Assembly (NCBI GenBank): GCA_018266375.1
Contig: JAFEAO010000001.1
Location: 6,800 to 70,799, forward strand
Direction of reading: 5' to 3'
Length of the DNA: 64,000 bases
DNA from: Bdellovibrionales bacterium
GTDB taxonomy: Bacteria; Bdellovibrionota; UBA1018; CAIMNF01
Program-made: the position numbers and the translations under genes
Shown: positions 37,639 to 47,690 of the stretch, one piece after another
Position numbering within the stretch: position 1 is the stretch's first letter
Layout: each line of letters starts with the position of its first letter
The notes under the pieces: generated by a model
Database searches by the model: none
What the model was told of the DNA's origin: nothing
What the model saw: the letters and a program-made list of their open reading frames with translations, nothing else

Positions 37639-38409
37639 ATGCAGCCCGTCTCCGCGCTTCTCATCATCAAGAACGAAGAACAATACATCGAACGCGCGCT
37701 TGCATCCGTCGCTTGGTGCGATGAAATCGTGGTGATCGACGCCATGAGTACCGACCGCACCAAAGAGATCTGTATTCGCAAAGATACTCCTTGGGCGAAA
37801 ACAGTAAGATTCATCGAACGACCATGGCTCGGTTTTGCCGGCCAACGCAATTTCGCGCTTGCACAGGCGAGCCACGAGTGGGTGTTTTTCTTGGACGGCG
37901 ACGAAGCTTGCTCTCCCGGCCTCGAAACCGCGATCAAACAAGTGCTCGCGGAAAACCCGAAGAAGCAGTTCAAAATCCGCCGGCAAGAATACTTCCTGAA
38001 AAAGCCGATTCATCACGGGATTTGGAACCCCTCGACCCCAATCCGTTTGTTTCCGAAGTCCGGAGTGAAGTTTATCGGCGAAGTCCATGAGGGCGTCGCG
38101 AGTCGCTGGGAAACCGGGCTTATCGATGCGCCAATCCTCCACGTCGAGGATCTGAGGATTGAGCGTTTTTTGAACAAGCTCAACCACTACACGACCCTCC
38201 AAGCCCAAGCCGATTACGATTCTGGCCACCGGACCAGTGTCCTTCGGATTCTTTTATCGTTTCCCGCCATGTTTTATAAAAACTACTTCTATTACGGCGC
38301 TTACAAGGACGGGGTCCATGGAGTGATCATCTCTATATTAGAGGGGGTTTCCCGCACCGTCCGCCACCTCAAGATCTGGCAGATCACCCAGGTCTCAAAA
38401 TTAAACTAA
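37639..38409 (+). CDS. Family-2 glycosyltransferase (LPS-core/cell-envelope type)
   Basis: VSALLIIKNEEQYIERALASVAWCDEIVVIDAMSTDRT is the GT-A N-terminal signature. Confidence 0.7.
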   Translation: MQPVSALLIIKNEEQYIERALASVAWCDEIVVIDAMSTDRTKEICIRKDTPWAKTVRFIERPWLGFAGQRNFALAQASHEWVFFLDGDEACSPGLETAIKQVLAENPKKQFKIRRQEYFLKKPIHHGIWNPSTPIRLFPKSGVKFIGEVHEGVASRWETGLIDAPILHVEDLRIERFLNKLNHYTTLQAQADYDSGHRTSVLRILLSFPAMFYKNYFYYGAYKDGVHGVIISILEGVSRTVRHLKIWQITQVSKLN

Positions 38410-38449
38410 ATTAGTGTAATTTAACGAAAACACAGATTGTTAAAAATAC

Positions 38450-38478
38450 TTGACACATACAGTCAAATCATTTACCAT
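38450..38478 (+). promoter_or_regulatory. Candidate sigma70-type promoter (TTGACA, 17 nt, TACCAT) for the downstream 11-gene operon
   Basis: TTGACA at 38450-38455, a 17-nt spacer and TACCAT at 38473-38478. This leaves a ~235-nt leader that contains an 8+8 palindrome acgcattg-ca-caatgcgt at 38610-38627. Confidence 0.35.
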
Positions 38479-38714
38479 TTAAGTAACAGAGTAAAACTGT
38501 CAACTTTGGTCGTGGATGACCATTATAGGTGCAGGTATGAATTCACGGATGAAAAAGCAGGTCGCACGTCGTTTTTATCTTTCTCCATCCATTTGTAACC
38601 TCTTGATAACGCATTGCACAATGCGTCAAAAGTCCTTTTCCTACTTAATCCAAGTGACCGGAAAGCCGATAGGTATCCGTACCACTCGCAGTGGCTCAAC
38701 CAGGAGACTGAAAG

Positions 38715-39578
38715 ATGAATAAGTTCATGAAAACAGCGGCAATACTCCTCGTCCTCGCCTTCGTCACGTTTACCGTGTATCGCTTAGGAACTAAAAAATC
38801 GGGTGACGTGTCCACGACCGAAGTCACGCAACTCAACGCTCAAAAAGATGCAAACGGCAATCTCGTTGATCAAAACGGCCACGAGATGGCCGGCGTCGAC
38901 ACCAACGCGGGTGCAGTGAACGCAACTTCGGGCAATGGCGGCGAGCAAAATACTCAAAGCACCGAGAACGGCGAAAAGGGCGATGCCGTTCCTAAAGTCA
39001 AATTCGGCGCGGCTCAAGCCCCGAAAGCGGAAGGCTCATTGAGCGACAAGCTCAATCAACCTACCTTTACTCAGACCAAGCCCGAGAGCAACTGCTTTTC
39101 GTTTGAATACAAACACGAAAAAGAAGCGTTAAACAAAGACATCGAAGACTTCTTGGATTACTCGAACGCATTCCCGATCTTTCACGACAAAGTGACTGAA
39201 AAATCGATCTGCGTGAAAGTGAACGACAAAGCGGTTCCTTTCAAAGTTTCAAAATACAAAAATCAAAAAGAAATCGTCGTCGGATCGGTTGTCGGTCCGG
39301 AAGCGACGATCAAAGTCTCTTACTGCGTGAACACCAGCAAGTGTAAAGAAGCTTGCGCGGTGAAATCGAACCGTTTCATGGACGATTTAATGTCCGACAC
39401 GGGTGACGAAAACGAATTTAAAGAGTCTTGGGGAGACGCTAAAGCACAAAAGAAAGCCCTTCAAGCGGGCGTAAAAGAATTCAGAAAAGTGGCCAGCGAA
39501 AACCGCGATTTGCAAAAGCAGTCGACGATTCGCAGCTGGGACACGGTTCAGAAAAACGAATGGGTCTGTAATAAGTAA
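38715..39578 (+). CDS. Membrane-anchored/secreted Cys-containing hypothetical protein (287 aa), first gene of the operon
   Basis: N-terminal hydrophobic anchor MNKFMKTAAILLVLAFVTFTVY, a Gly/Asn/Gln-rich linker and six Cys in the C-terminal half. RBS AGGAG. Confidence 0.5.
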   Translation: MNKFMKTAAILLVLAFVTFTVYRLGTKKSGDVSTTEVTQLNAQKDANGNLVDQNGHEMAGVDTNAGAVNATSGNGGEQNTQSTENGEKGDAVPKVKFGAAQAPKAEGSLSDKLNQPTFTQTKPESNCFSFEYKHEKEALNKDIEDFLDYSNAFPIFHDKVTEKSICVKVNDKAVPFKVSKYKNQKEIVVGSVVGPEATIKVSYCVNTSKCKEACAVKSNRFMDDLMSDTGDENEFKESWGDAKAQKKALQAGVKEFRKVASENRDLQKQSTIRSWDTVQKNEWVCNK

Positions 39579-39602
39579 TCTAAGGAATAAGGAGAAACTA
39601 AA

Positions 39603-40259
39603 ATGGGAATTTTTGAATTTATCAGAGACAATTTTTTGCACGTCGTACCGATCTTGGTAGCGGGTTTTATCGCCGTGGCGATCATCTTCGAGCGTGCTCA
39701 AACCCTTTTCAAAACCTATACTCTTCCGGCAAAAGACGCGTTCTTCGACAAAGCGCGCGAATTGGTTTCGAAAGGTCAAATGAACGAAGCTTTGGCTCTT
39801 TGCCAGCAATTCTCGGGTAAGCCGACAGCGGAGATCGTGAAAGTCGCGATCGAACGCGCTCACCAGCCGGAAGAATTGATCATGAACTCGGTCGAACTGA
39901 CTCGTAACAAGTACGCCGAACTCATTCAGAAACGCACGAGCTACCTTGCTACGATTGCAAACGTCGCCACCCTCCTCGGCCTCTTGGGTACCATCGCCGG
40001 TCTGATCGAATCATTCGCGGCCGTGGGTCACGCCGATGCTCAGCAAAAAGCGCAACTCCTCGCGAACGGTATTTCAACCGCGATGAACGCGACGATGCTG
40101 GGCCTGGGTGTTGCCGTCCCCTGCATGATCGTATTCAGCTTCTATATCAATAAAGCAAACCGTTTGGTTGCCGAGCTTGAATCAGCCGGCTTGATGGCTT
40201 TGGACTCGATTATGGTTTGCAGCCTTAATCAGAACCAAAACGATCGGAGAGTGTCATGA
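39603..40259 (+). CDS. TolQ/ExbB/AglR-type 3-TM proton channel protein
   Basis: Three TM segments. MotA_ExbB C-terminal signature ...LLGLLGTIAGLIESF... and ...ANGISTAMNATMLGLGVAVPCMIVFSF.... RBS AAGGAGA. Confidence 0.8.
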   Translation: MGIFEFIRDNFLHVVPILVAGFIAVAIIFERAQTLFKTYTLPAKDAFFDKARELVSKGQMNEALALCQQFSGKPTAEIVKVAIERAHQPEELIMNSVELTRNKYAELIQKRTSYLATIANVATLLGLLGTIAGLIESFAAVGHADAQQKAQLLANGISTAMNATMLGLGVAVPCMIVFSFYINKANRLVAELESAGLMALDSIMVCSLNQNQNDRRVS

Positions 40260-40699
40260 GTGCCAATTTTGGCAGCTCCAGTGATGGGGAAGTCGAGTTA
40301 AACATCACTCCCATCATTGACTGTTTTACCGTGTTAATCACGTTCTTGCTCGCATCGGCAAGCTTCATCAGTATCGGTTTCTTCGAAGCCTATACTCCTG
40401 GAACCAGCGTCGATCCGGGACAAACCGAACCCGACACCGAAGCGATCGTAAAGATCAAGTCGAACTCGATCGCGGAGTTTCAGGTTAAAGGCAAAAAGAA
40501 CTTAACTTTGCATTTCGATATGAAGCAAAAAGACGCTCTTAACGGACTCGACGAAGAGCTTAAAAAACTTCACGACGAAAAGCTCAACATGAACAATGTC
40601 CTCGTCAGCGCGGACGACGATGTCGACTACAAGGTTTTGGCTGATCTGATGAGCCACCTGAACGAATCGCAGTTCCCTGTCGTGGTGGGAGATTTCTAA
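40256..40699 (+). CDS. ExbD/TolR/AglQ-S-type single-TM protein (147 aa)
   Basis: ...ELNITPIIDCFTVLITFLL... is the ExbD/TolR N-terminal TM signature. ATGA overlap with the upstream gene, RBS GGAGAG. Confidence 0.75.
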   Translation: MSANFGSSSDGEVELNITPIIDCFTVLITFLLASASFISIGFFEAYTPGTSVDPGQTEPDTEAIVKIKSNSIAEFQVKGKKNLTLHFDMKQKDALNGLDEELKKLHDEKLNMNNVLVSADDDVDYKVLADLMSHLNESQFPVVVGDF

Positions 40700-41220
40700 T
40701 GTTTCACCGTAAAAGAAAGCTCTTTGGACGCAAAAAGAAAGGTGGTGGGGACGGTCAAGTGGCCCTTCAGATCACTTCGATGGCGGATATTTTCACGATC
40801 CTCCTCGTCTTCTTGCTCAAAGGTCTGGCTACAGACGCACTCCAAATCTCGCCTTCAAGCGGGACCGTGCTTCCAAACGGTATTCGCACGAGCCCACTCA
40901 ATGAAGTCGCTCTCCAGGTCGAAGTCTCCAAAGATGGGATTTTGATCGAGAAGGAATTCTTGATGCCGCTCAACGAAGGCCGCTTAACTCATAAAGATCT
41001 TGGCAAAGACGGTTTCATCACCGTCATGAACGAAAGATTAACCAAGGAACGTGATAGACAGAAGTTGATCGCGCAAGCAAACGACACCGTGAAAATCGAC
41101 TCACGCGCAATCATCATGTCTGACCAGAGCGTTCCGTTCGCAACCATGAAACCTGTTCTCCGTACCCTGGCCTCTCAAGGCTACTCTGAGATCAAGTTCG
41201 CGGTGGTGAAAGAAAACTAG
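40699..41220 (+). CDS. Second ExbD/TolR-type single-TM protein (173 aa)
   Basis: ...LQITSMADIFTILLVFLL... signature. TAATG junction with the upstream gene. Confidence 0.7.
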   Translation: MFHRKRKLFGRKKKGGGDGQVALQITSMADIFTILLVFLLKGLATDALQISPSSGTVLPNGIRTSPLNEVALQVEVSKDGILIEKEFLMPLNEGRLTHKDLGKDGFITVMNERLTKERDRQKLIAQANDTVKIDSRAIIMSDQSVPFATMKPVLRTLASQGYSEIKFAVVKEN

Positions 41221-41234
41221 AAGGAGAAGTTGCG

Positions 41235-44200
41235 ATGAGCACGAAGCTGATCTCAACATTACGCTTTATAATCCTGGGTTGGATGATGTACTCCCTCTCT
41301 TATGCGGAGGAAGCGCAAGTCCGCAGCAAAACGGCGAAACTGACCGATATGGCTGCTTTGTCCGTTCAGGATCGCTCGATCAACAAGCTCAAATCATTGC
41401 TCTCGCAATACCGCGGTACCCCGCGCGAGCCTGAGTTCTTGGTTCGTTTGGCCGACCTTTATATGGAGCGTTCGGGCATCAGCTTCCGTATTTCGGAAGG
41501 TGCGGCAACCAAGAAGACTCACCTCTATAAAGAATCGTTGAAAGAAAGCGTGAAGATCTTCTCCGAGATCATCGCAAAATATCCTTACTACGTCGGTACT
41601 CCGATGGCGCACTTCAAGCGCGGCAAGGCTTACAAAGAACTCGCTCAAATCAAAAACGCGAAAACCGACTATTTGTGGTTGGATTCTCACGCGCAAGACT
41701 TCGAATATCTCGACTCGGTGTTGATCGACCTCGCCGATTTCGCGCAAGATGCCGCTCAACATCAAGAAGCTCTCGGTTATCTGGGTAAAGTCGAAAAGAT
41801 GATCGGAAGCGATTACTATCCGCTCGCCCTGCACCGCTCGGCTTGGAGCCATTTCAACCTCGCTAACTTCCAACAAGCGCACGACTATTTGAAACGCGAG
41901 ATCGGTTACTACTTCGAAAGCACAAAAGACCAAAAAGAAGCGGGTTCGGGAGCTGAAGTTGCGTTCTTGGAAGCGGCTTTCAACGATCTCGCGCTCTTCT
42001 ACTTCGAATCGATCAACAAAAAATCTTCATTCGCGACTCCGGACAAGGCGATCGCCCTCTTCGACAAACTCGACGAGAGCAAAGATCGCAAGTATTTCGG
42101 TCCAACCGCGGCTCGTTTCGCGCGTCTTTTGAAGGCTTACACCCTGGTTCCGGAAATGAACCAAGTTAATAAGATCATGATCAGCGATTACGTCAAGACC
42201 CCGGAAACCGCCGACATCGCGATGCTCGTGTTCCAATTCCACGCTGAACGCCGTGAGTACAACCTCCTCCCGGCCGCTCTCGCCGACTTAAACAAAGTCC
42301 GTGCTGGCGTAAAAAGCAAGGATCTCGATAGCAAAGTCGAGAGTGCCGTTTCAGGAGCTTTGACCAACTTGCACAAACTCGTGATTAAAAACAAACTTGC
42401 CACCGAACGCAATACCCTCTTCCGTCCGTTGATTGCGCTTACCGAATCGGTATCCGAACTCCTCGGCAACGAAAACTCGACCGCCTTGATGGCAAACTAC
42501 TCGTTGGCCGAGACTTCATTCGAACTCGGCGAGTACGAGCGCGCGACTCAAAAGTACGTCGATCTCCTCGATCCGAAATATGCAAAAACTCTCGAAGCCA
42601 AAAAGATCACTCGTCCGAACCTGGCGCTCCGCCTGCTCTCTTCACGCTATCGCGAGCTCAAGAAAGACAAATTGGTTCCAGAAAAGCTCACCATCCGAGC
42701 ATTGAACACAAAAGTCAGTCCCGCACCAAAAGACCAAATCAAGAAGATGAACGATTGGATCGCTTGGGTCGATCAATTTACCCAAGAAATCTCGAAAAGT
42801 ACGCCGGTTGAAGACAAACTCTCTTACTGGGCGTTCAATCTCGAAGCGAATAAGCTCACTTACGAATACATCGACCAACAACGAGCTCTCACTCGCCTCG
42901 AAGAGTTTTCTTACAAACACGCCGACACCGACGAGGGCAACGTCTCGATCACCATCGTGCTCGACACCTTGGCCAAGTCCGAAGACTCGATCCGCCTCTA
43001 CGACGTGACTCAAAAAGTGCTTGCGGTCAAAAACTGGAAGAGCAAGGGTTTCTTGGAAAAAGTCGCCGAGCAAAGCGCCGACTCCCACCTGAAAATCACT
43101 CTCAAAGTCGAAAAGCCGGAAGAAATCTTAGCACGCACCAAAGAGTGCCAAAGCAAGTTCAAGAACTCCAAAGTCAGCCAAGAATGCTTGATCATCGAGG
43201 CAAAAACCGAGCTTAAACTCCAGCAGTACGAGAAAGCCGATAAAGAATTCACGACTCTCATGAGCCAGGTCAAGGATGCCAACAAAGTGCAACCGATCCT
43301 CCTCATGCGCTCGGATGCCCGCAACAAACTCGGCCGTTTGGATGATTCGGTTCATGACCTCTTCCAATATCAAACCATGACCGAGTTCAAGGATGCCGAC
43401 ATCACCCAAACCATCCTTCAACACTATTGGTTCAAGCGCGACACTCAGCACCTCGACGCTCTTTTGAAAAACCCGAAAGTATGTGCCGGTAAAAACGCCG
43501 AAGCATGCGAACAGTATCAGGTCGTCCGAGTACTCGAAGAAGGCGACTCGAAAATAAACTACCAAAAGATCTTCAAGAACACCACACACGGGGACAAGGG
43601 CCTCGTAACGGTTTGGGCGCTGACCGCGCTTCAAACCCCGAAGAAGCTCCCGTTCCAAGACCGACTGGTGCTCTTGAACCGTTTGGCGACTTCTTGGGAA
43701 CACCTGAACCCGCTCTTGCAAGTGCACCTCTTGCCGACGCTTCAAACTCGCGTAAAAGACACGCTTGAATCGATTCAAGTATCCGCTCCGGGGATTGCTC
43801 CATTGACCGAAGATACCGCGACCATCGAACGCCGCATGAAACTCATGCAAGAAATCGACGCTACTTTCGCCAAAGTCATGAAGCTCCCTTGGCTTGAAAT
43901 CAAGATCAAAGGCGCAAACGAGCTCGGAATCATCTATGAACGCTTGGTCCGTGACCTCCGCGGCATCAACACCCCGGAAGACCTTTTGAAACCGTTCGTG
44001 AACAAGTCGAAAGAAATCAACAACGCGATCCAACAGCTTCAAGCGATGGCAATCAACTATACCGGCGTATCCGTTCAGCAGGTTGCTGTCGCACCTGGCA
44101 AGAGCGGTAAAGCCGTCCCTTCCCGCGCTCCGGCAAGCGCGACCAAGGCTCAGAACCAGGAAGTAGCGGTCAAAAACCAACTTCTCTCGAAAGAAGTTGA

Positions 44201-44453
44201 GAACACCATCCCGGCAAACCTTTGGGGTGAGTGGAAAAACGGCGTGGAACACAAACGCCGCGACTACCTCTTTTACCTGGTATCCGTTACGGAAACCGCT
44301 AACCCTGAATTCAAAAACATCAGTCCTGTCGTCAAAGGCATGGTGCTCTTGTTTGCGGATGCCCCGGCAGAAGCATACGAGCTCGTCAAGAACGCTCCGG
44401 AGACTCCGTTCAAAGCAACCGTTCTTACTCAATTTCAAGGAGTGAAGCCATGA
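41235..44453 (+). CDS. Large periplasmic TPR-repeat protein (1072 aa), GltD/AgmU-like by size and context
   Basis: Signal peptide MSTKLISTLRFIILGWMMYSLSYA, helical repeat (TPR-like) composition throughout, RBS AAGGAGA. Confidence 0.65.
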   Translation: MSTKLISTLRFIILGWMMYSLSYAEEAQVRSKTAKLTDMAALSVQDRSINKLKSLLSQYRGTPREPEFLVRLADLYMERSGISFRISEGAATKKTHLYKESLKESVKIFSEIIAKYPYYVGTPMAHFKRGKAYKELAQIKNAKTDYLWLDSHAQDFEYLDSVLIDLADFAQDAAQHQEALGYLGKVEKMIGSDYYPLALHRSAWSHFNLANFQQAHDYLKREIGYYFESTKDQKEAGSGAEVAFLEAAFNDLALFYFESINKKSSFATPDKAIALFDKLDESKDRKYFGPTAARFARLLKAYTLVPEMNQVNKIMISDYVKTPETADIAMLVFQFHAERREYNLLPAALADLNKVRAGVKSKDLDSKVESAVSGALTNLHKLVIKNKLATERNTLFRPLIALTESVSELLGNENSTALMANYSLAETSFELGEYERATQKYVDLLDPKYAKTLEAKKITRPNLALRLLSSRYRELKKDKLVPEKLTIRALNTKVSPAPKDQIKKMNDWIAWVDQFTQEISKSTPVEDKLSYWAFNLEANKLTYEYIDQQRALTRLEEFSYKHADTDEGNVSITIVLDTLAKSEDSIRLYDVTQKVLAVKNWKSKGFLEKVAEQSADSHLKITLKVEKPEEILARTKECQSKFKNSKVSQECLIIEAKTELKLQQYEKADKEFTTLMSQVKDANKVQPILLMRSDARNKLGRLDDSVHDLFQYQTMTEFKDADITQTILQHYWFKRDTQHLDALLKNPKVCAGKNAEACEQYQVVRVLEEGDSKINYQKIFKNTTHGDKGLVTVWALTALQTPKKLPFQDRLVLLNRLATSWEHLNPLLQVHLLPTLQTRVKDTLESIQVSAPGIAPLTEDTATIERRMKLMQEIDATFAKVMKLPWLEIKIKGANELGIIYERLVRDLRGINTPEDLLKPFVNKSKEINNAIQQLQAMAINYTGVSVQQVAVAPGKSGKAVPSRAPASATKAQNQEVAVKNQLLSKEVENTIPANLWGEWKNGVEHKRRDYLFYLVSVTETANPEFKNISPVVKGMVLLFADAPAEAYELVKNAPETPFKATVLTQFQGVKP

Positions 44454-44695
44454 AATGGATTTTAATCGTCGGCATGATGTTGATCACTTCAGAGGTCCAG
44501 GCGCAGAACAGCAAGCGCTCGACCGTACTCAATTTTGAAGACGAGATGGTGGAAGGGATCAACCGGAAACCTCTCGATTCCGTGAACCAGATCAGTGAAC
44601 GGAATAAAAAAGGAAAATCCCACCTCTACAAAAAACGCGCCGGTTTCGCTGACCGCGACCAAATCCTCATGAATGAGTTGAGGCTGCAACCATGA
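44450..44695 (+). CDS. Small secreted protein (81 aa)
   Basis: RBS AGGAGTG, signal peptide MKWILIVGMMLITSEVQA, ATGA overlaps on both sides. Confidence 0.45.
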   Translation: MKWILIVGMMLITSEVQAQNSKRSTVLNFEDEMVEGINRKPLDSVNQISERNKKGKSHLYKKRAGFADRDQILMNELRLQP

Positions 44696-45891
44696 AGATC
44701 CATTTCAATAAGCACGAGTTCTTTGTTCAGTACTTCTACGGAAAACGGACTTCCGATATTCCGCAGAGTGAACGTTGGGATGGCGAAAGCCCGTTGGCAC
44801 TCGGCCACCCTGCCCGTTTCATTCTTCAGAGACGCGGTTCAAGGATTTTTATCCGCGACATGACCGAACCATTGGGCGTGAAACGCCCTTTGAGCAATTT
44901 CGATCTGACTCCGGATCAATACAATCAAAAGATCGCGATCGGCAATCTTGGCCGCGAAAGCTTGCTCATCCGTCCGATCTTCCAGACGAAGCCGGCCAGC
45001 ATCGAGAAGGCCCGCCTCATGCCGAAAGTCCCGCTTGCTGAAACGGCGGTCGCGGCGATCGAAGACACGCTTTTCAACAAGAACCTGAAAATAGTCGGCA
45101 GTGTCTGCGCTGCCCTCTTCTTGGCCGTGTTCGTGAGCAACATGATGCAACCCGATGTTCAAACGGACGAAGATTTGATTCCGAAGAAATTCGCGAAAAT
45201 CATCATGACCAAGCCGAAAGAAAAGATGAGCCAGCCCAGCTCCGGCGGCGCGGCTGCAAGCCAGGCCCAAGCAAAAGCGGTGGCTCGTGCGATGCAATCA
45301 AAGACCGTTCAAAAGAGCTTGAAAGCGATCTTGAAAGGCGGCTTGGCTAAGTACTCGGTGATGAATACGGGACGCGCGATCCAGAGCTTGTCTCAAAAAA
45401 TCGTATCGAACAACAACGTCACCGGTGCGGGCCTTCAAAACAAAGCGTCCGATATCCTGGCGGGCAGCCGGGTCGGTACTTTCCAAATCGGCAGCGAAAA
45501 CGGTTACGGTTCCGGCAACGGCGTGAACGTCAAGGGTCAAGGTAACGGTCAGTTCGAAATCGGTTTGAACACCAACGAAGCGTCGGTGGATGAAGGCTTG
45601 ACCCGCGAAGAGGTCGCGAAAGTCATCCACAGCCACATGAACGACATCCGTTACTGCTATGAAACCGGTATCTTAAAAGATCCGTCTTTGGCGGGTAAGG
45701 CTTTGATCGATTTTAAAATCAACCCGGAGGGAGCCGTTCCAAACGCGAAGGTGGGTGAGATGACCCTTTCTGACCGTTCGGTCGGAAGCTGTCTCATCAG
45801 CAAACTTCAAACTTGGAAATTCCCTAAACCACGCGGCGGAGTTCACGTAGCAGTGAGCTATCCGTTCGTATTCAAGAGCTTATCGAGGTAA
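44692..45891 (+). CDS. Single-TM protein with Gly-rich periplasmic linker and C-terminal TonB-C-like domain (GltG/PglI-AgmX-like), 399 aa
   Basis: ~110-aa cytoplasmic N-domain, TM IVGSVCAALFLAVFVSNMM, then GSGNGVNVKGQGNG. C-terminal ...IRYCYETGILKDPSLAGKALIDFKINPEGAVPNAKV...SVGSCLISKLQTWKFP... follows the TonB_C pattern (the xGxVxVxFxIxxxGxV...W.F.P beta fold). Confidence 0.55.
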   Translation: MKIHFNKHEFFVQYFYGKRTSDIPQSERWDGESPLALGHPARFILQRRGSRIFIRDMTEPLGVKRPLSNFDLTPDQYNQKIAIGNLGRESLLIRPIFQTKPASIEKARLMPKVPLAETAVAAIEDTLFNKNLKIVGSVCAALFLAVFVSNMMQPDVQTDEDLIPKKFAKIIMTKPKEKMSQPSSGGAAASQAQAKAVARAMQSKTVQKSLKAILKGGLAKYSVMNTGRAIQSLSQKIVSNNNVTGAGLQNKASDILAGSRVGTFQIGSENGYGSGNGVNVKGQGNGQFEIGLNTNEASVDEGLTREEVAKVIHSHMNDIRYCYETGILKDPSLAGKALIDFKINPEGAVPNAKVGEMTLSDRSVGSCLISKLQTWKFPKPRGGVHVAVSYPFVFKSLSR

Positions 45892-45896
45892 TCATC

Positions 45897-47690
45897 ATGA
45901 AACTGATCACGCTATCGGCATTGATGCTGGTTGTAAACGCCCACGCTGGGGACTTTCGGTCGATCAGCGAACGTGGCTCCGTCTCTGTTAAACAAGGTTG
46001 CCAATCCGGCGAACGCTGGACCATCGGCGGAACCTCGAACCCGAAATGGTTGGACCGTTTCCACGACTTCACCAGCGGCAAAATCACTCCGGTAAGCGGT
46101 TTCGCCGAAGCTGTGTCATTGAAACGCATCAGCGCGCTTCTCAAGAAATCCGATTTCGAACGCGACTTCTCGGAATATTGGGTCGGCCGCATCCTGTACG
46201 AGATGAAACTCGATCCGTTGGCGCACCAAGTGTTCGAATCCGTCCTTGAAAACACCGACCAACAAGAAATTAAGAAAGCCGCTTTCGTCTGCATGGCGAT
46301 GATCCAACACCGTAGCCCGGATTGGAAAGCGCCTGCCGACAAAGTTGAATGGGGCGCGTTTGACCTCACCGCGGACGATGCGGATGCGATCTACACCGCC
46401 TCCCTCACACGTCCGACCAAAAATACTTGGTTGCTCCCGGCCGGCTATCGCGATTTCTACAAAGGCGTACAAGCGATGAAAGATCGCAAGTACACCGAAG
46501 CGCACGAGCATCTTACCAAGTTCATCGCTTACCTCGATGCTCCGAAGGTCGTGACGCGCTTAGAGAGATATCGCGACGTTGCTCACATCATGCTGGGCCG
46601 CGCGCTTTACTCGACCGCTCACTTCAAAGAAGCGACTCTCGAGTTTCAAAAAGTCAAAAAGACATCGAACATGCAGATCGAGACATTGAGCAACTTGAGC
46701 TGGGCGTACCTGCTTCAAGAAGACTTCGATGCTTCGCTCGGGATCTCATTGCAGTTGCGTACCGGCAACTTGCGTAACGCTTTCGCGCCTGAAACCCAAA
46801 TGGTGGCTGCGATGGCGCTGAACGAACTTTGCATGTATCAAGACTCCATTCGTGAAGTTCAAACTTTCATTAACGACTACGGCACAAGCTTCAAATGGCT
46901 CTCCGCGAACCAAAAGAACAAAGAGATCTACGCCGAGCTTTTGAAATACTTCAAAAAGCAAAGCACGGTTCCGACTAAGGTCGCTACCGAGTGGATGAAG
47001 AGCCCTCAATACATCAGCCGTCAGGAAGAGATCAACCGTCTGATCGAACACCCGAGAAAAATGGTGGAATGGCACCAAAAGGGTTATCAGGAACAGATCA
47101 AGATCACCAACGACTTTATCGCTAAAAGCATGAAGTTCGTTGCCGACGTCAAGCAAGCCAAAATCAGACAGAAACCGGGTGACGATGAGATGCCCGAGAA
47201 GCTCGCGATTCAGTATCTTAACATGAAGCGCGACCTCCGCCGCCTCACCCGCTACTACCGTGCTTCCAAAATCTGGAAAAACCTGACTCGTAACTACGAG
47301 AAGCGCATTCCGGGCTATCGCATGATGGTCGTCAACAACATCAACGCCGACCTTCAAAAAACCAATAAGTCGATGCTCATGACCCTCAACATGGTCCGTG
47401 AGAATATGGACTTGATCGAAGTCGAGATCTACAACGGCGCGAGCCAAGACTTGGTTTGGAAGGAAGCTCACCCCGACTACGAGAAGGTGTCGGCTGAGAT
47501 CGAAACCCCGGAACAAGAAGTCGCGAACTCGACGGTTTGGAAATGGGGGCGCTTTCTCGCCTCTGACGTTGAAAACGCCGAGGTCTGGGAAGATGAAGTC
47601 GGTACCCTGAAGGCCGATATCTCCAACCAATGCGATAAGAAAGACCGTTATTTGAAAGTTAAATTGACCACAAGAAGGACGAAGTCATGA
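45897..47690 (+). CDS. Secreted TPR-like protein (597 aa), GltE/AglT-like by size and context
   Basis: Signal peptide MKLITLSALMLVVNAHA, helical repeats, RBS GAGGT. Confidence 0.55.
   Translation: MKLITLSALMLVVNAHAGDFRSISERGSVSVKQGCQSGERWTIGGTSNPKWLDRFHDFTSGKITPVSGFAEAVSLKRISALLKKSDFERDFSEYWVGRILYEMKLDPLAHQVFESVLENTDQQEIKKAAFVCMAMIQHRSPDWKAPADKVEWGAFDLTADDADAIYTASLTRPTKNTWLLPAGYRDFYKGVQAMKDRKYTEAHEHLTKFIAYLDAPKVVTRLERYRDVAHIMLGRALYSTAHFKEATLEFQKVKKTSNMQIETLSNLSWAYLLQEDFDASLGISLQLRTGNLRNAFAPETQMVAAMALNELCMYQDSIREVQTFINDYGTSFKWLSANQKNKEIYAELLKYFKKQSTVPTKVATEWMKSPQYISRQEEINRLIEHPRKMVEWHQKGYQEQIKITNDFIAKSMKFVADVKQAKIRQKPGDDEMPEKLAIQYLNMKRDLRRLTRYYRASKIWKNLTRNYEKRIPGYRMMVVNNINADLQKTNKSMLMTLNMVRENMDLIEVEIYNGASQDLVWKEAHPDYEKVSAEIETPEQEVANSTVWKWGRFLASDVENAEVWEDEVGTLKADISNQCDKKDRYLKVKLTTRRTKS

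Noticed and set aside
43128-44438. 436-aa antisense ORF inside the 1072-aa TPR gene
   Set aside because: The sense strand has a signal peptide, a strong RBS, operon coupling and coherent TPR-like composition. The antisense product is Arg/Cys-rich low-complexity with no start context. It is a typical long antisense frame in GC-biased coding DNA.
46746-47630. 294-aa antisense ORF opposite the 597-aa TPR gene
   Set aside because: Same reasoning: no RBS, a junk-like composition, and the sense gene is well supported.
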